A DNA stretch of 64,000 nt from Chiloscyllium plagiosum (Eukaryota), in contig NC_057718.1 in NCBI RefSeq assembly GCF_004010195.1, positions 18,313,689-18,377,688 on the forward strand, in the 5' to 3' direction. Of this stretch, positions 12,650-25,408 are shown one piece after another; the first letter of the stretch is position 1; every line of letters starts with the position of its first letter. Position numbers and translations under genes: made by a program. Under the pieces are notes generated by a model, which worked only from the letters and a program-made list of their open reading frames with translations, had not been told where the DNA came from and did no database searches.

Positions 12650-15600
12650 CTCCCGGCTGACAACTTAGTTGTCTAGCTGTCAGTAGCTGTCACTCAGCAC
12701 CATCGTCCAATCATCATTGGCATTTTCTTCCTCATTCACCATGTGCATAATCAGCATGCTACATATTTTCTGAGCGGCTTCTGTTCCTTTGCAATGTAAC
12801 ACCATGATCAGTAATGGCTTCATGCAATTTGGCTGCTTGTATATTTTAGAAACCTTTGCTGGTAAACAGGTATTTGTGAATGGATTTCTGACTCGCACTG
12901 TCTGTTTCTGTGCAGTTGGGATAGTTCTCCATCTGTTCCTTGGTTGTGCATCACTTTCAGTCTTCTTTCACGATGAAGAAGAATGTCCTTAGACAACTAG
13001 TTTCTGAGCAAGGTCATTCACACTTACCTTCCAAATGTAAGTTTTGCTGGAGAATGATTGTTCCTTCTCCATTGGTGTTACACAAAAATATAGCAATGCA
13101 ATATGAAAATTTTGCTTGGTTGCTTGACACGTGATGAACATGGATTTAATGGTAAGCAATGTACATTTTACTAGACTGTTTTGATTAAGGATAATGGCTG
13201 ATGACGTGATATGAATTTCTCCTCATTTAGTGTCCTTGACTTGGCCAAATAAACTAAAAATGGTCATTGTTTCGATGGTGGTTGCACTCATGTGCTGCTA
13301 AGTCATCGAACAATGGGATATTTGGAAAAGTGATCTATCAAAAGGCTATAATCTTTCCCAGTCACCGTGAGTTGGTAAGTTGCTATTCATGTCAAAAGAT
13401 TGTAAACAGTGCATTGATGTAGAGGCTTCCTCTGTTGCTGGAGTTAGTACATTTGACTTGCCTCACAAACATTAACAATTCATTGCATTTTCTCATTCAT
13501 CTCTGTCTCAGACACAAATTCATGTGCAAGCCTTCAATACCCGTATGACCCTGATGTAACATAGTCTTGATTTCTCAGAATCCTAATTTTGGTGTTAGGA
13601 CTCGTTTGCCCTTGAAAATGTCTTGCCATGATGTACAAGCTCATCTTTGTATGGTCAATATGAATGAATGTTCCCAGGAACTTCCATAATACTGTCAGGC
13701 CATCCTTGGATAATAGACTTCTGAAAGTCATGTGTTTGACCATCTTCAGGAGTTGCGATTTGCAATTGTTTACACTGATGCTGGCCAAAGTGTAACAGAT
13801 TTATCTTGAGAACTTCAATTCCATCTACACGCACATTAAGAGGAACGTCTTAGTCTTTGTGTGGATTGGGTAACTTGCTTAGTGTGGTAGATGGAACAAT
13901 CCTGATACTTAGCTTATAACTGACTTGAAAGTTATTCTTTGCCCCTTGACAAGTAGACACTGCAAAAGTGGCAATGCGTTCATTAGTAGCTTATGACAGA
14001 TCATTTCTCATGGCTTCTTGTCTGATTTGATGATGGATTTCTTGCTGGATAAGTAGGAGTGAAACCACATGAGACTAAATACCAGAGCTAATGTCTCACA
14101 CTCTAGAATACAACAGTTGGCTTGTGCAGATGGCAGGACTTTAGAACCAAAGGCAATAGATTTTTCATCTTGCAAAATACTGGAGCCTGGACTTTTTTGT
14201 AATATATCTAATTCTGTAGTTGTATCTTCCTGGAAGTCATTGTGTTGCAGTGAAACTTTGTTGCCATAATTTATAATCATAGATATGTTGTTAGCCATCT
14301 TGCCATATGTAGGAGATGACGTTCTTGAGTAGATACCTCAGTGGTGATACCTTTTTCCAAAGTTGGGCAAAGTGAGAGCAAGTTGAAACATTTGAGATTA
14401 TGTCACAGATCCTCCTAATCTTGTGGGGTAAACTTTGGTTTTATATCCTCGATATTGCCTGGGTCAGGACAGACTGCATGAGTCCAGTGAATGGACCGAA
14501 GGAAATGTATCTGGCTGAGGTTGACCTGGTTCTTGGTGCTGTTGAATACTGATCCATGGCATTGCCCTGTAGCCATCGGTAGGTCAAGATTGTTCTTTTT
14601 GTACATTCTCCATAATCCTACCCTTGGGATGTTTGAATACATTTTGGCTCTCTGATAGCACAAATAGTAACTGTCAGGAATGATAGCACCCAAATGGCAT
14701 CCTGAATGCTGTGTGTTCTTACACCATTGACATAGTGTGTGAGGTTGAAAATATAAGAAGTTCTTCTGGGGTTTACTTTTCACTATGTTGTCTGTGGGCT
14801 TCACTGATATTTTTAAACTTGTGCATCTTTTTAATACTTTCATTCGGGTTAAGTTTGTGGTGTCTTACTGGCTTTTTGGTCACCAGCATCTTGTTCTAGT
14901 GGCTACTTGCTGCTCCAGAATGCACAGTGTTCTTTGGTGCCTCATGGTTTGCAGCTGTGATGTACTGTCAGACAACCTTTGGTTTGAGGTGTGAGCCACA
15001 TTTATGGCAGATTACTTTTGCATTGTGAAAGCAGTGGCAATGTCAGCCATCAAAAGAGCAAAACCAAGTTGGATTTTACAAAGAGGAATGTGGAGTAGGG
15101 CAGTCAGGTTTGTTTAGGATTGCATTAGGAAAGAGCCTGAACTGATGCTCTAATTCTAAAGCTGGTCTCCGCATTCTAATTGTACTCTTGCACAGATCAG
15201 ATAATTCCCTACCCTATTTCACTGGATCTCTGAGCCCACTCTGGTTGTGGGACACATCTAGTTGCAACAACAGAAAGTGTGAAGTGCTGCATTTTGGGAG
15301 ATCAAATGTTAAGGAAAAGTATACAGTTAATGGCAGGACCTTGAACAGCATTGATGTACAGAAGGATGTTTGGGTTTAAGTCCATAGCTCCCTGAAAGTG
15401 GCCACACAAGTAGACAGCGATGATAGAGAAGGCGTATCTTGGCATTCTTGCCTTTATTGGTTGGGGAATTGAGTACAAGAGTCAGGCTGTCATGTTGCAG
15501 TTTTATAAGACTTTGGTGAGGCCATGCTTAGAGAATCGTGTTCAGTTCTGGTCACCACATTACAGGAAGGATATGGAGGCTTTGGAGAGGGCGCAGAAGA

Positions 15601-16310
15601 GGTTTACCAGGATTCTACCTGAATTAGGGGGTATGAGCTATAAGGAGAGGCTGGCAAAACTCAGGCTGTTTTCTCTGGAGCAGCGGAGGCTGAGGGGAGA
15701 CATGATCGAAGTCTATAAAAGTATGAGATGCACAGATAGGGCTGACAGTCAAAATATTTTTCCCAGAGTTGATATGTTTAAAATTAGGGGGCATGCACTT
15801 AAGATGAGCATGGTGAGCTCAAAGGAGTTGTGAAGGGCAAGTATTCTTTACACAGAGAGTTGTCAGTGTCTGGAACGTGCTGCAAGGGGTGGTGATGGAG
15901 ACAGATACAATAAGGGTGTTTAGGGGACTTTAGATAAGCACATGATTGTGCAAGGAATGGAGGGATATGGACCAAGAGCGGGCAGAAGGGATTAGTTTAA
16001 TTGTGTGTCATGTTCGGTATTACATCATGGGCCAAAGACCTGTTCCTGTGCTGCATTGCTCTATGTTCAGTGTTCTATTAAACCAGAAGAGCTGTGCCAT
16101 TTTCATTGAGATTTAGCTGATCATTGGCTGAGATGCCAAGTTTCTCTATATCCCTTCTAAATCTTGTCACTGAGCCGCACCATTTCTTCTGACATACCAG
16201 CATTTCCAGTCTCTGTTTCAAATTGAGTGGCAGATTTAAGTTTGTAGATTCACATTCACTGGACTGACAGACTTCGTATTCCTTCTGATCACTCACAAAC
16301 AGAAACATGT
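12650..16310 (-). mobile_element. Decayed Gypsy LTR retrotransposon internal region (gag-RT-RNaseH-integrase), interrupted by CR1
   Basis: Gag-like KQRLEM...GISANDQ (16078-16230); zinc knuckle CHKCGSH...SCKP*GTKEHCA (about 14910-15010); RT VFNSTK...QIHF...PDPGNIEDI; RNase H IAFGSKVLPSAQAN...ETLALVF...FHSYL...SDKKP; integrase C-terminus VRVRNP...PAKVSK. Confidence 0.8.
15270..16078 (+). mobile_element. CR1-like LINE 3' fragment
   Basis: KCEVLHFGRSN...YKTLVRPCLEN.VQFWSPHYRKD...RRLRGDMIEVYK; tail ctatgttc. Confidence 0.92.
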
Positions 16311-16614
16311 TTTAATCTCCACTCCGTGGCCCAAATTCACATCCCGATGGCAGGTGGAACGAATCTAACAGCTTTAAGGTGCAACCTCTTAAAGTGTTTG
16401 TATGGAATATGGTAATCTGCAAGTTGGAGACTAACAGAGACATTTGATTTACATTGAGACTTGGTCTCACAGGCAATGTTCTTACAAGTCTGCCTTGTCT
16501 GATGTTCCTGACATAAACAATTTTTCAAAATTACAGACAGTTCCTTTTGAAAGCTGTTGGCTGGCTGTGCTGTGAATAACTGTCGTCATGCCTTTCTCCT
16601 CCAGAAAGACAAGA

Positions 16615-17050
16615 GGGTTTTGCGTTTATGTAGCACCATTCTTGACCTCAAAGATTTTTACAACTAATAAATTACTTTTTTATGAAATATGTGATTACTG
16701 TTGGTACGTAGGAGATGTGGCAACCAATTTGCACTCTGTAAACTCTCACTAACAGCAATGCGAGAATAACCCAAATAACCCTGTTATTTGCCATTTAGTA
16801 TTGGTCAGGGCACTGTGGATTACACCCCTGCTCTTTGAAGTTGCATTGTAGGGTCATTTCCATCCATCTGATGGGCAGACAGGAGCTTGGTTCAATGTAT
16901 CAGCTGGAAGATCACACTTGGACAGCAGAGCAGTCACCAAGTATAGCGCTCATGTGTCTGCCTAAAGTTTTGTGCTGGAACCCTGGAAAAGGATACAAAC
17001 TACAACCTTCTGCCTTTGGGTGAGAGCACTTTCTACTGATCCACAATTGG
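16615..17050 (-). mobile_element. Old SINE, DeuSINE/SacSINE-like
   Basis: ggcaaccaatttgcac...aacagcaatg motif, reverse-complementary to the 30210-30372 tail; family name from recall. Confidence 0.5.
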
Positions 17051-17063
17051 CAACTATGCTTGC

Positions 17064-17375
17064 ATGGCATGGTGGGTCAGCGGTTAGTGCTGCTGCCTCA
17101 CAGCACCAGGGACGCGCGTTTGATTCCATCCTTGGACGAATCTCTGTGTGGAGTTTGCACATTCTCCCTGTGTCTGTGTGGGTTGCCATCGGATGCTCTG
17201 GTCTCCTCCCACAGTTGTGCAGCTTAGGTGGTTTGGCTGTGCTAAATCGCCTGTACAAAGATGTGCAAGCTGGGTGGATTAGCTATATGGGATGATGGGG
17301 ATGTGTTGGGATGCTCTTTGTAGAGTTGGTGCAGACTCAAATATTCACTGCCTGCTCTAGAGGGATTCTATGATG
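17064..17375 (+). mobile_element. HE1-like SINE
   Basis: ggcatggtgggtcagcggttagtgctgctgcctcacagc head and core. Confidence 0.85.
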
Positions 17376-17899
17376 CTATTATGTCTTGGGAAAATTAAAG
17401 TCCTGATTTGCAATTAAGACTTTCTAGCAGCCCCTGATTAAGTAATGAATACCATCAGGTACCTTCCTTCCCTTTGTTAAGTTATCCCATCGGGGAGGCA
17501 GTAGCTTGTTTTATTGTTGGAGATCTGTGTTATTCATCTACGTTTGGCCCAGTGTCAGTGAAACAAGAACTACAAATATGAGTGAACCCTCAAATGAAAA
17601 ATAGCATTAACATACATTAAGGCTCAAATTTTCCTCCCTGGAAGTTAGTGAGAGAATTGATGAGGATAGGAAATAATTGGGCGGTTAACCTTGGTGAGAT
17701 ACTCAGCCTCTTCTATGCACATCATTAATTCAGCACTGGGCAAGAGGATCAACATGGGACTTTCTCGACTCACCATTAATTAAGGCAATTGTGCAGTCAA
17801 TCGGCCAGTCCAGATAAGATGGGCTGAACAGAAACTGGAGTAAGCCATTCAATCCTTTGAGCTTGCTCCACTATTCAATATGATCATGCCGATCATGGC

Positions 17900-17982
17900 T
17901 GGATGCTGTCTGACCTGCTGTGCTTTTCCAGCACCACACTCTTGACTCTCATCTCCAGCATCTGCAGTACTCATTTTCACCT
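17900..17982 (+). mobile_element. Fragment of the short Penelope-terminus element
   Basis: ggatgctgtctgacctgctgtgcttttccagcaccacactc...ctccagcatctgcag. Confidence 0.75.
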
Positions 17983-19216
17983 AGTGAAAATAATCCTAAC
18001 TGACTCAACCTCTCCTCGTATGTCAGCCCTGCCATCTCAGGAATCATTTTATCTTCACTATGCTTCCTCTAGAGAATTAAATAGCCTCTTTCTATGCTTT
18101 AACCCCAACTCTAACCCTGATTCTAACCCTAATGCCAACCCTAGACTGAACAGCCACATAATAGGCACAAGTTGTCCTCTGTCTGATTTCCTGTCTTCCC
18201 AGAAGGCAACACAAGTGTTGTATGGAGCCTCCATTTGCACCATTCAGGGTGGGGGGGAGGGGGGTCAACTGTAGGCACAGATTGGGATCCAAGGAAGTTG
18301 CCTATGCCCTTGCCTCTCACCCTTTTGATCACCCTTTCCCTGCAACACCTACTCTATGGAAAGCAAAGGAAAGAGATCTACCTTTGCTCTGTTGATGAGT
18401 AGGCTTTGACCTCTGTGGGCCCCGAAAGCTGTCAGCAGCTTCTGACGTTGCTTGGCAGTCAGCTCTTAACAAGCTGATTGACACATGATCCAGAGAACCT
18501 TCTCAGCAGAACTTGTCGATGTCTATCATGTCCAGGCTCCAACAACAAACCATCTTCCCTCGGCATTCAATGGAGTTGTCAACATTGCCAAAGTGAACTT
18601 AATGGGTCTGTAAAGAGATAGGGATTGGTTAGATGTCTAGGAGAAAAGATGGCTGATGAATAGGAAAATGCGACCTTATGCAATTTGGCAGGAAGAATTG
18701 AAGAGTAGTATATTATGTCAATATTGAGAGACTGCAGAACTTTGAGTTACAAGAGGATCTGAGTGTCTTGGCAGAAATCATAAAAATCATGTTGTTTGGA
18801 CATTCAGCAAGTGATTAGGAAAAATAAATGGAATGTTGTTGTTTATTGTAAGGAAAGTGGTACATAAAAACAGGAATGTTTTGCCATAGTTGGACAAGAT
18901 ATTGATGGTACCACATCTAGAGTATGATGTATGTATTGGCTTCTTTATTTAAAGAAGGACATAATTGCACTGATATCAGTGGTGGGTGTTCGCTTCTGAA
19001 GAAATGTTGGACTGGTTGGGCCTGTATCCATTGAGATGACCCATTAATGATCTTATTGAGACATGCAATGTCTCCCTTGTGAGAGAGATTAGAATTATAG
19101 AATCCCTACAGTGTGGAAGCAGGCCACCGAACCTCTGGAGAGCATCCCAACCAGACCCCCGCCACCACAACCATGCATTTCCTATGGCTAATTCAGCTAG
19201 CCTACAGATCTCAAGG

Positions 19217-19430
19217 AGAAAGTGAGGACTGCAGATGCTGGAGATCAGAGCTGAAAATGTGTTGCTGGAAAAGCGCAGCAGGTCAGGCAGCATCCAAGGA
19301 ACAGGAGAATCGACGTTTCGGGCATAAGCCCTTCTTCAGGGCTGAAGAAGGGCTTATGCCCGAAACGTCGATTCTCCTGGTCCTTGGATGCTGCCTGACC
19401 TGCTGCGCTTTTCCAGCAACACATTTTCAG
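19217..19430. mobile_element. Palindromic Penelope-terminus element with two hammerhead motifs
   Basis: 14-bp TSD tacagatctcaagg (19203-19216, 19431-19444); 89-bp inverted arms 19251-19339 and 19342-19430 with 1 mismatch. Confidence 0.92.
19342..19374 (+). ncRNA. Minimal hammerhead ribozyme core (mirror copy on the minus strand, 19307-19339)
   Basis: CTGAAGA-A-GGGC-ttat-GCCC-GAAA-C-GTC-gattc; the 5' strand of stem I is missing in this copy. Confidence 0.7.
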
Positions 19431-20429
19431 TACAGATCTCAAGGCACAATGGCCAATTTAGCATGGCCAGTCCACCTAACCTGCACATTCTTGGACTATG
19501 GGAAGAAACTGGAGCACCTGGTTGAAATGCTTGCAGACATGGGGAGAATATGCAAATTCCACACAGACAGTTGCCCGAGGCTGGAATTGAACTCGGGTCC
19601 CTGAAATTGTAAGGCAGTAGTGCTAACCCCCGAGAATGATAGGGCATTGTTTAAAAATCAGGGGTGTCCCATTTTAGATAGCGATGTGGAGGACTTTTCT
19701 TTGAATCAGAATTGGTGGGATTCTCTTCTCCTGAGAGGATCCCTGAACATTTTTAAGGGAGTGTGGATAGATTGATGACCAACAAAGATTCTTGACTCAC
19801 AGGGGATTGAAAGATTAGTGGGGTGGGCAGGAAAATGGCTTTGAAGACATACTCAGATTAACCATGAGTTTATGCAATGGTGGGGCAGGCTTGAGGGACA
19901 AAATGGCCTACACTAGCTTTGACTTTGTATGTTCCTTTGTAACATTGTGTAAACCTTAGGTTCATCCAAGATTTGAATACTGTTTCTAAATCTGAGCTGC
20001 TCTTACCTTGCAGCAAATAGAAAACAAATCTTGTTGTCTGAAAGATAATCTCTCTTTTTCTATCCTTCCACCTCTGGCTGTTAAATTCTCACTTGTCATC
20101 ACAACCTTTCTTATCTGCTTCAATTGCATTGGTCAGACTATGATTAATGATTCTTAAGACGTTCTTTTATTGTTCCTTTGAAGCTTCAAGAAGGTTTTTA
20201 CTCGGCATCCTTCATGAACTCCGATCAATATATCTTGCACAGTCTCCTTCTCTAATTTGTTTTCTCCAACCTTAAAACTGGAATTGTACACTTTCCCTGG
20301 GTTTTGCCTCCCTCAGTTTAAAATTCAAGCATGATCCCTGATTGGCCTTTTGCAGTCATTCGTTCTTACATTATTCGTTTGTGTTCCGCCTTGTCGGTTT
20401 TTTAATCGTCGAAGTAAATAAAATCTTTT

Positions 20430-21060
20430 GTTATTCATATTCATGGGATGTGGACATCGCTGGCTGGGCCAGCATTTATTTTGAGCCCCTAATTGCCCTG
20501 GAGAAACTGGTGGTGAGCTTTATTCTTGAACCATTGCAATCTTTAGGGACTTAAACAAGTGCTGTTGAGAAGGAGGTTCCAGCATTTTGACCCAGGGACG
20601 GCGAAGGAATGAAGATTGATTTTGGGTGCCTCGGAGGGGACTTTGCAGGTGAGTGATGTTCCTATGTACTGGCTGTCCCTGTTCTTCTAGGTGGAAGATG
20701 CTATCAATGAGAAATTGGGTGAGTTGCTGCAGTGCTTCTTAAAGATAGTTTGCACTGTGCATCCCTGACAAAGGATGAGAATTTTGCAGGTGATGCATGT
20801 GGACACAGTCAAGTAGGCTGTTTTGACCTGGATGTTATTGAGCTTCCTGCACATGGGAGTATTCCATCACACTCCTGACTTGTACCTTATGAATGTTGGA
20901 GAGACACTGGGGAGAGAATTCCTCGCTGTAACATTCCTAGCAGATGACCCGTTCTTGTAGTCACTGTAGTTATATGGTCAGGCTAGTTCCGTTTCTGATA
21001 ACCCCCCCAAGGATGTTGCTATAGAAGGATATAGCAATGGATAATGCCATTGAAAGACAT
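20430..21060 (-). mobile_element. LINE (L2/CR1 group) 3' fragment
   Basis: ttattcatattcatgggatgtggacatcgctggctgggccagcatttatt tail, shared with 54747-54945 and 63410-63475. Confidence 0.75.
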
Positions 21061-21208
21061 TGGGTGTACCAGGTTTCCTGCTGGGAGTCACACCACTGTC
21101 ATTGTTCCCTAAAACTGTGAACCATACCAAATCCCTTACCAATTCCTGGATCCTCCACTACACTAGACCTCGCAGCGTGTCCTTGGTGATACTGCTAAAC
21201 AGAGGGGC

Positions 21209-21574
21209 TATTGGAGCAGTTACATTGTCATTGTGAATGATTCATCACAGCACTAATTCGGTTAGATTGTCTTTTGGTTCACAATGGGAGGGCTCTTTGC
21301 TCCAAAGGTCTTCAGTCCAAGCAAAAACACACTGGTGGACTTGGCGCTGCCTGATGAATGTGTGATTTGGCAGCTGTTTCTTGGAAAAGACAGCATGGGT
21401 CTCTAATTAGGTCTCCAGCAAGCTGAAGAAACCATATCACCTCAATGTGATTCTGACCAATGTGTTTCATGGAGTACATTCATAATAGGGAGGCAAATCT
21501 ACATCCGTTTTGTCATGATAACCGAATTACTGCTGTGATGAATCATTCACAATGACAATGTAACTGCTCCAATA
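21209..21574. repeat. 56-bp inverted repeat pair with a 254-bp spacer (MITE-like)
   Basis: 21209-21264 is the reverse complement of 21519-21574 with one mismatch; the outermost bases are TA at both ends. Confidence 0.85.
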
Positions 21575-21835
21575 TGTTGTAGAGTCCTGTTGAATGTTTC
21601 CTCCTCAAAATTAATTGTTGATTCTGTCCTACCATTTGCTGTATGATGATTTGGGGTGCTTCATTCTCTGACCGTATATTAATGTAATCAGTGGCCAATT
21701 CATCATTGTGGTATCGACATCCATGCTGATTATTACAATACTGAGATGCATTAACCAGGCAGGAGCAATCAGATAAAATGTGGGTCTTAGGTTTGCAGCT
21801 GCTAAAATTGAGATTTGAAAGCTAAGTATAAGACA

Positions 21836-22152
21836 GGCGGCACGGTGGCAGAGTGGTTAGCACTGCTGCCTCACAGCGCCAGAGACCCGGGTTCATATCC
21901 CGCCTCGGGCAACTTTCTGTGTGGAGTTTGCACATTCTCCCCATGTCTGCATGGGTTTCCCCCGGGTGCTCCGGTTTCCTCCCACAGTCTAAAGATGTGC
22001 AGGTTAGGTGAACTGGCCATGCTAAACTGCCCATAGTGTTAGGTGAAGGGGTAAATGTAGGGGAATGGGTCTGGGTGGGTTGCTCTTCGGAGGGTCGGTG
22101 TGGACTTGTTGGGCTGAATGGCCTGTTTCCACACTGTAAGTAATCTAATTTA
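21836..22152 (+). mobile_element. HE1-like SINE, near full length
   Basis: ggcggcacggtggcagagtggttagc...ccacactgtaagtaatctaa. Confidence 0.93.
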
Positions 22153-23787
22153 ATTCCACTTTGGTCACTAAGAAAACAAATGGCCCAAACAGAGCAGTGG
22201 AAATCTGGAACTCCGTCCCCCAAAAAGGCCATTAAGACCGAGGTTGAATTGAAAATTTCAAAACTCAGATTGATAAATGTTTGTTTGGCAAGTGTATTAT
22301 GGAACCATCAGGTGGGCAGTAGAGTTAAGAGTTCTTAGTGTTAGAGGGATTTGAAGGATCACAGGGGTTTGGATGAGCCATCGTGACTCATCACAGAATC
22401 CCCGGGTGAGGATCCAGCCTGAATTATTCACTCTGCTGATTATATGAACTATCTTGCACACATGATGTTCCGTTGACATCCTAAGGTGACAGAAAGCAGA
22501 GCAGGAATATTTCCTTGCATCTGATTGTGCTGGAATACTTTCTGTTCACACTGATCTCCTCTGTGTGTGATGTGGTCCACTCTAGAGTAGCATCACTCCT
22601 CACACAAATGCTCAGGATTACAAAAAGGGAAAACATTAAAATAATAGATTGCCAGGCATAATTCATACATCTGCCCACTCTTCACCATGACTTGACCAGG
22701 AAGCAACATACATGTTTTTGATAAAGTTAGTGCTTGGTAATTAATAGCATCAATTTGGAAGGCATGTCTGGAACATATATAATATTCTTGGTCCCGTTGT
22801 GTTGTTAAAGAATAGCTGCAGAGTCTGTTGAGATAAAGAAAAGATTGACTTTATTTTAGAAGCACCTTACTCTGGCTTCTTGCCATGAGGTTGCAAGAGA
22901 GAGCAAGATCATGTGACATTGTATCAGTTCCTGTGATGACAGTTCCTGTGTAAACTGTAACACATTACCATATTACACAGTCATCTGTAACACTTTATGT
23001 TACACATTGGAGCTATTTTTCAGTTCTCACTAAACTCTACTCAATTTCTGCCAGGCTCTGGAAGATAATTAATCCTTGGCCCAATTTCCTGCCTGTGTTT
23101 ACTGCGTGGGAGCGAGCATTGAAAGTCACCATAATAAAAAGCATTAAAACATGACTAGGCCATTCGACCCTTCATGCCTGCTGCACCATTCAACAAAATG
23201 ACAGCTTTTTGTGGTCCAAGCTCCAATTTTGTGCGCCCTCTGCACTTCCCCCCAGACCCCATCTCCCAATTAACCCTTAATGCTCATATCTGTCAAAGAT
23301 TGATCTAACTGAGCTTTGAATTCATTTAAAACCCCAGCTTCTGGGGATGAGAATGTCACACTCCAATGACATTTTACGAGAAAGGATTTCTCCTCATCCG
23401 TGTCTTAAAACCAGTCTACTACTTTTCCAGATAAATGTAGTGCAAATACAATGTGCTCATATGATTTTGGGGCTCCCCAAAAACACAGAGTGCGATGAGT
23501 CTTCAAGGCTTGTGAAGATCATTGAAAAGACCAATATTTACCAAGTATGGCTGACTGTCCTTGAGAAGATGGTAAAGAGCCAGCATACCCCTCAACAACT
23601 GATGTGCTCATTGAGCCAGTTCAAAGGGGCAGTGAAGACTCAAACCAATTTGATGTGTGGTTAGGAAGAATAAATCGACCAGATCAGATATTGGGTGGTT
23701 TAATTTCTTCCTTAAACTATCATAGTGAACTAGACAGTAAAAAACAGTGTTCTTGTAGTTACAGGGTCGCCATCACTGAGTCACTAT

Positions 23788-23978
23788 AGTCCTCTCTAGC
23801 CATCGGGCTGCTCTTCCTTTAAAGAGAGATGACCGGTGGTCATTTAATCTAGCAGCCACCATGCCTCAGGTGAGGGGAGAGATTGAGAATGGGAGTCCTT
23901 CATGGTGCAGGAGTTGAGCCCACAATGTTGGCTTCACTTTGCATCACAAACTACTCTCCAGCCAACTGAACTAACCAC
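23788..23978 (-). mobile_element. tRNA-derived SINE (third family, LF-SINE-like head)
   Basis: Minus strand begins ggttagttcagttggctgg...gtgggctcaactcc (A/B boxes). Confidence 0.55.
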
Positions 23979-24444
23979 TGAGAATCACTTTTCGAGTTAT
24001 GTATTACCTGAACCAGACCATGGCAGGATGTCTGTCAAATTTCTGGCTGTTTGGAGAATCATGTGATTGTTGCTGAGGAGGAATGTGATAAGCACCAAAG
24101 CTAGTTGCGATTTAACACTAGTACACACACTCGGATAAGATAATGTAGAGGTCAAGTGCTGTATTTTGACTTACTTGGCAAGCAGAGTAAGTGAAGGGTT
24201 AAGTGCTTTGTGGCACTATTTGACTTCATTAGTAAAGGCTGTCAATAATGCAAACCACGATATTCAATTGTGTACACCAGGTTTTCAAAGTGTGTCGATA
24301 TTTTTTTTTCTGCTTGGTGCACCTTCTCCCAAGTAATGAAAAGAAACTGCCAAGAACACAGGAACTCTATGGGACAGATTTTCCAAACTATACACATTCA
24401 GAAATACATCACCTAAAAATCCACACCTGGATATCAGTTTGAAA

Positions 24445-25408
24445 TTTTTGTAATTTTTATTAATGACTTGGATGAGGAGATTGAAGGATGGGTTAGCAAG
24501 TTTGCAGATGACACAAAGGTTGGAGGTGTCGTTGACAGTATAAAGGACTGTTGTAGGCTGCAGTGTGACATTGACAGGATGCAGAGATGGGCTGAGAGGT
24601 GGCAGATGGAGTTCAACCTGGATAAGTGCGAAGTGATGCATTTTGGAAGGTCGAACTTGAAAGCTGAGTACAGGATTAAGGATAGGATTCTTGGCAGTCT
24701 GGAGGAACAGCGGGATCTTGGTGTGCAGGTACATAGATCCCTTAAAATTGCCACCCAAGTGGACGGGGTTGTTAAGAAAGCATATGTTGTTTTAGCTTTC
24801 ATTAACAGGGGGATAGAGTTTAAGAGCCGTGAGATTTTGTTGCAGCTCTATAAAACTTTGGTTGGACCTCACTTGGAATACAGTGTCCAGTTCTGGTCGC
24901 CCTATTATAGGAAAGATGTGGATGCTTTGGTGAGGGTTCAGAGGAGGTTTACCAGGATGCTGCCTGGACTGGAGGACTTATCTTACAAAGAGAGGTTGAC
25001 TGAGCTCGGACATTTTTCATTGGAAAAAATAAGGAAGAGAGGGGACCTAATTGAGGTGTACAAGATAATGACAGGCATAGATAGAGTTGATAGCCAGAGA
25101 GTTTTTCGCAGGGCAGAAATTGTTAACACGAGGGGTCATAGTTTTAAGCTGTTTGACGGAAAGTATAGAGGGAATGTCAGAAGCGGGTTCTTTACACAGA
25201 GAGTTGTGAGAGCATGGAATACGTTGCCAGCAGCAGTTGTGGAAGGAGGTCATTGGGGATATTTAAGAGACTACTGGACATGCATATGGTCACAGAAATT
25301 TGAGGGTTCGTACATTAGGTTTACCTTACATGAGGATCAATGGTCGGCACAACATCATGGGCTGGAGGGCCTGTTCTGTGCTGTACTGTTCTATGTTCTA
25401 TGTTCTGT
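24445..25408 (+). mobile_element. CR1-like LINE ORF2 3' portion, relatively young (long open frame)
   Basis: SKFADDTK (RT), KCEVMHFGRSN, DLGVQVH, YKTLVGPHLEYSVQFWSP, RGDLIEVYK, FFTQRVVRAWN; (ttctatg)n tail. Confidence 0.95.

Larger units (their letters stand above)
19085..19630 (-). mobile_element. HE1-like SINE split by the palindromic insertion
   Basis: Tail at 19085-19200; core and head at 19445-19630. Confidence 0.85.
18585..19935 (+). mobile_element. Diverged CR1 LINE fragment hosting HE1 and the palindromic element
   Basis: Decayed ORF2 motifs (caatttggcaggaagaat, ggtaccacatctagagta) and a 3' UTR. Confidence 0.7.

Noticed and set aside
18100..18146. Telomere-like (ccctaa) hexamers
   Set aside because: Only about 7 degenerate units; insufficient to call an interstitial telomere
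21836..21910. tRNA genes at SINE heads
   Set aside because: A/B boxes are present but continue into SINE core and tail; no complete cloverleaf
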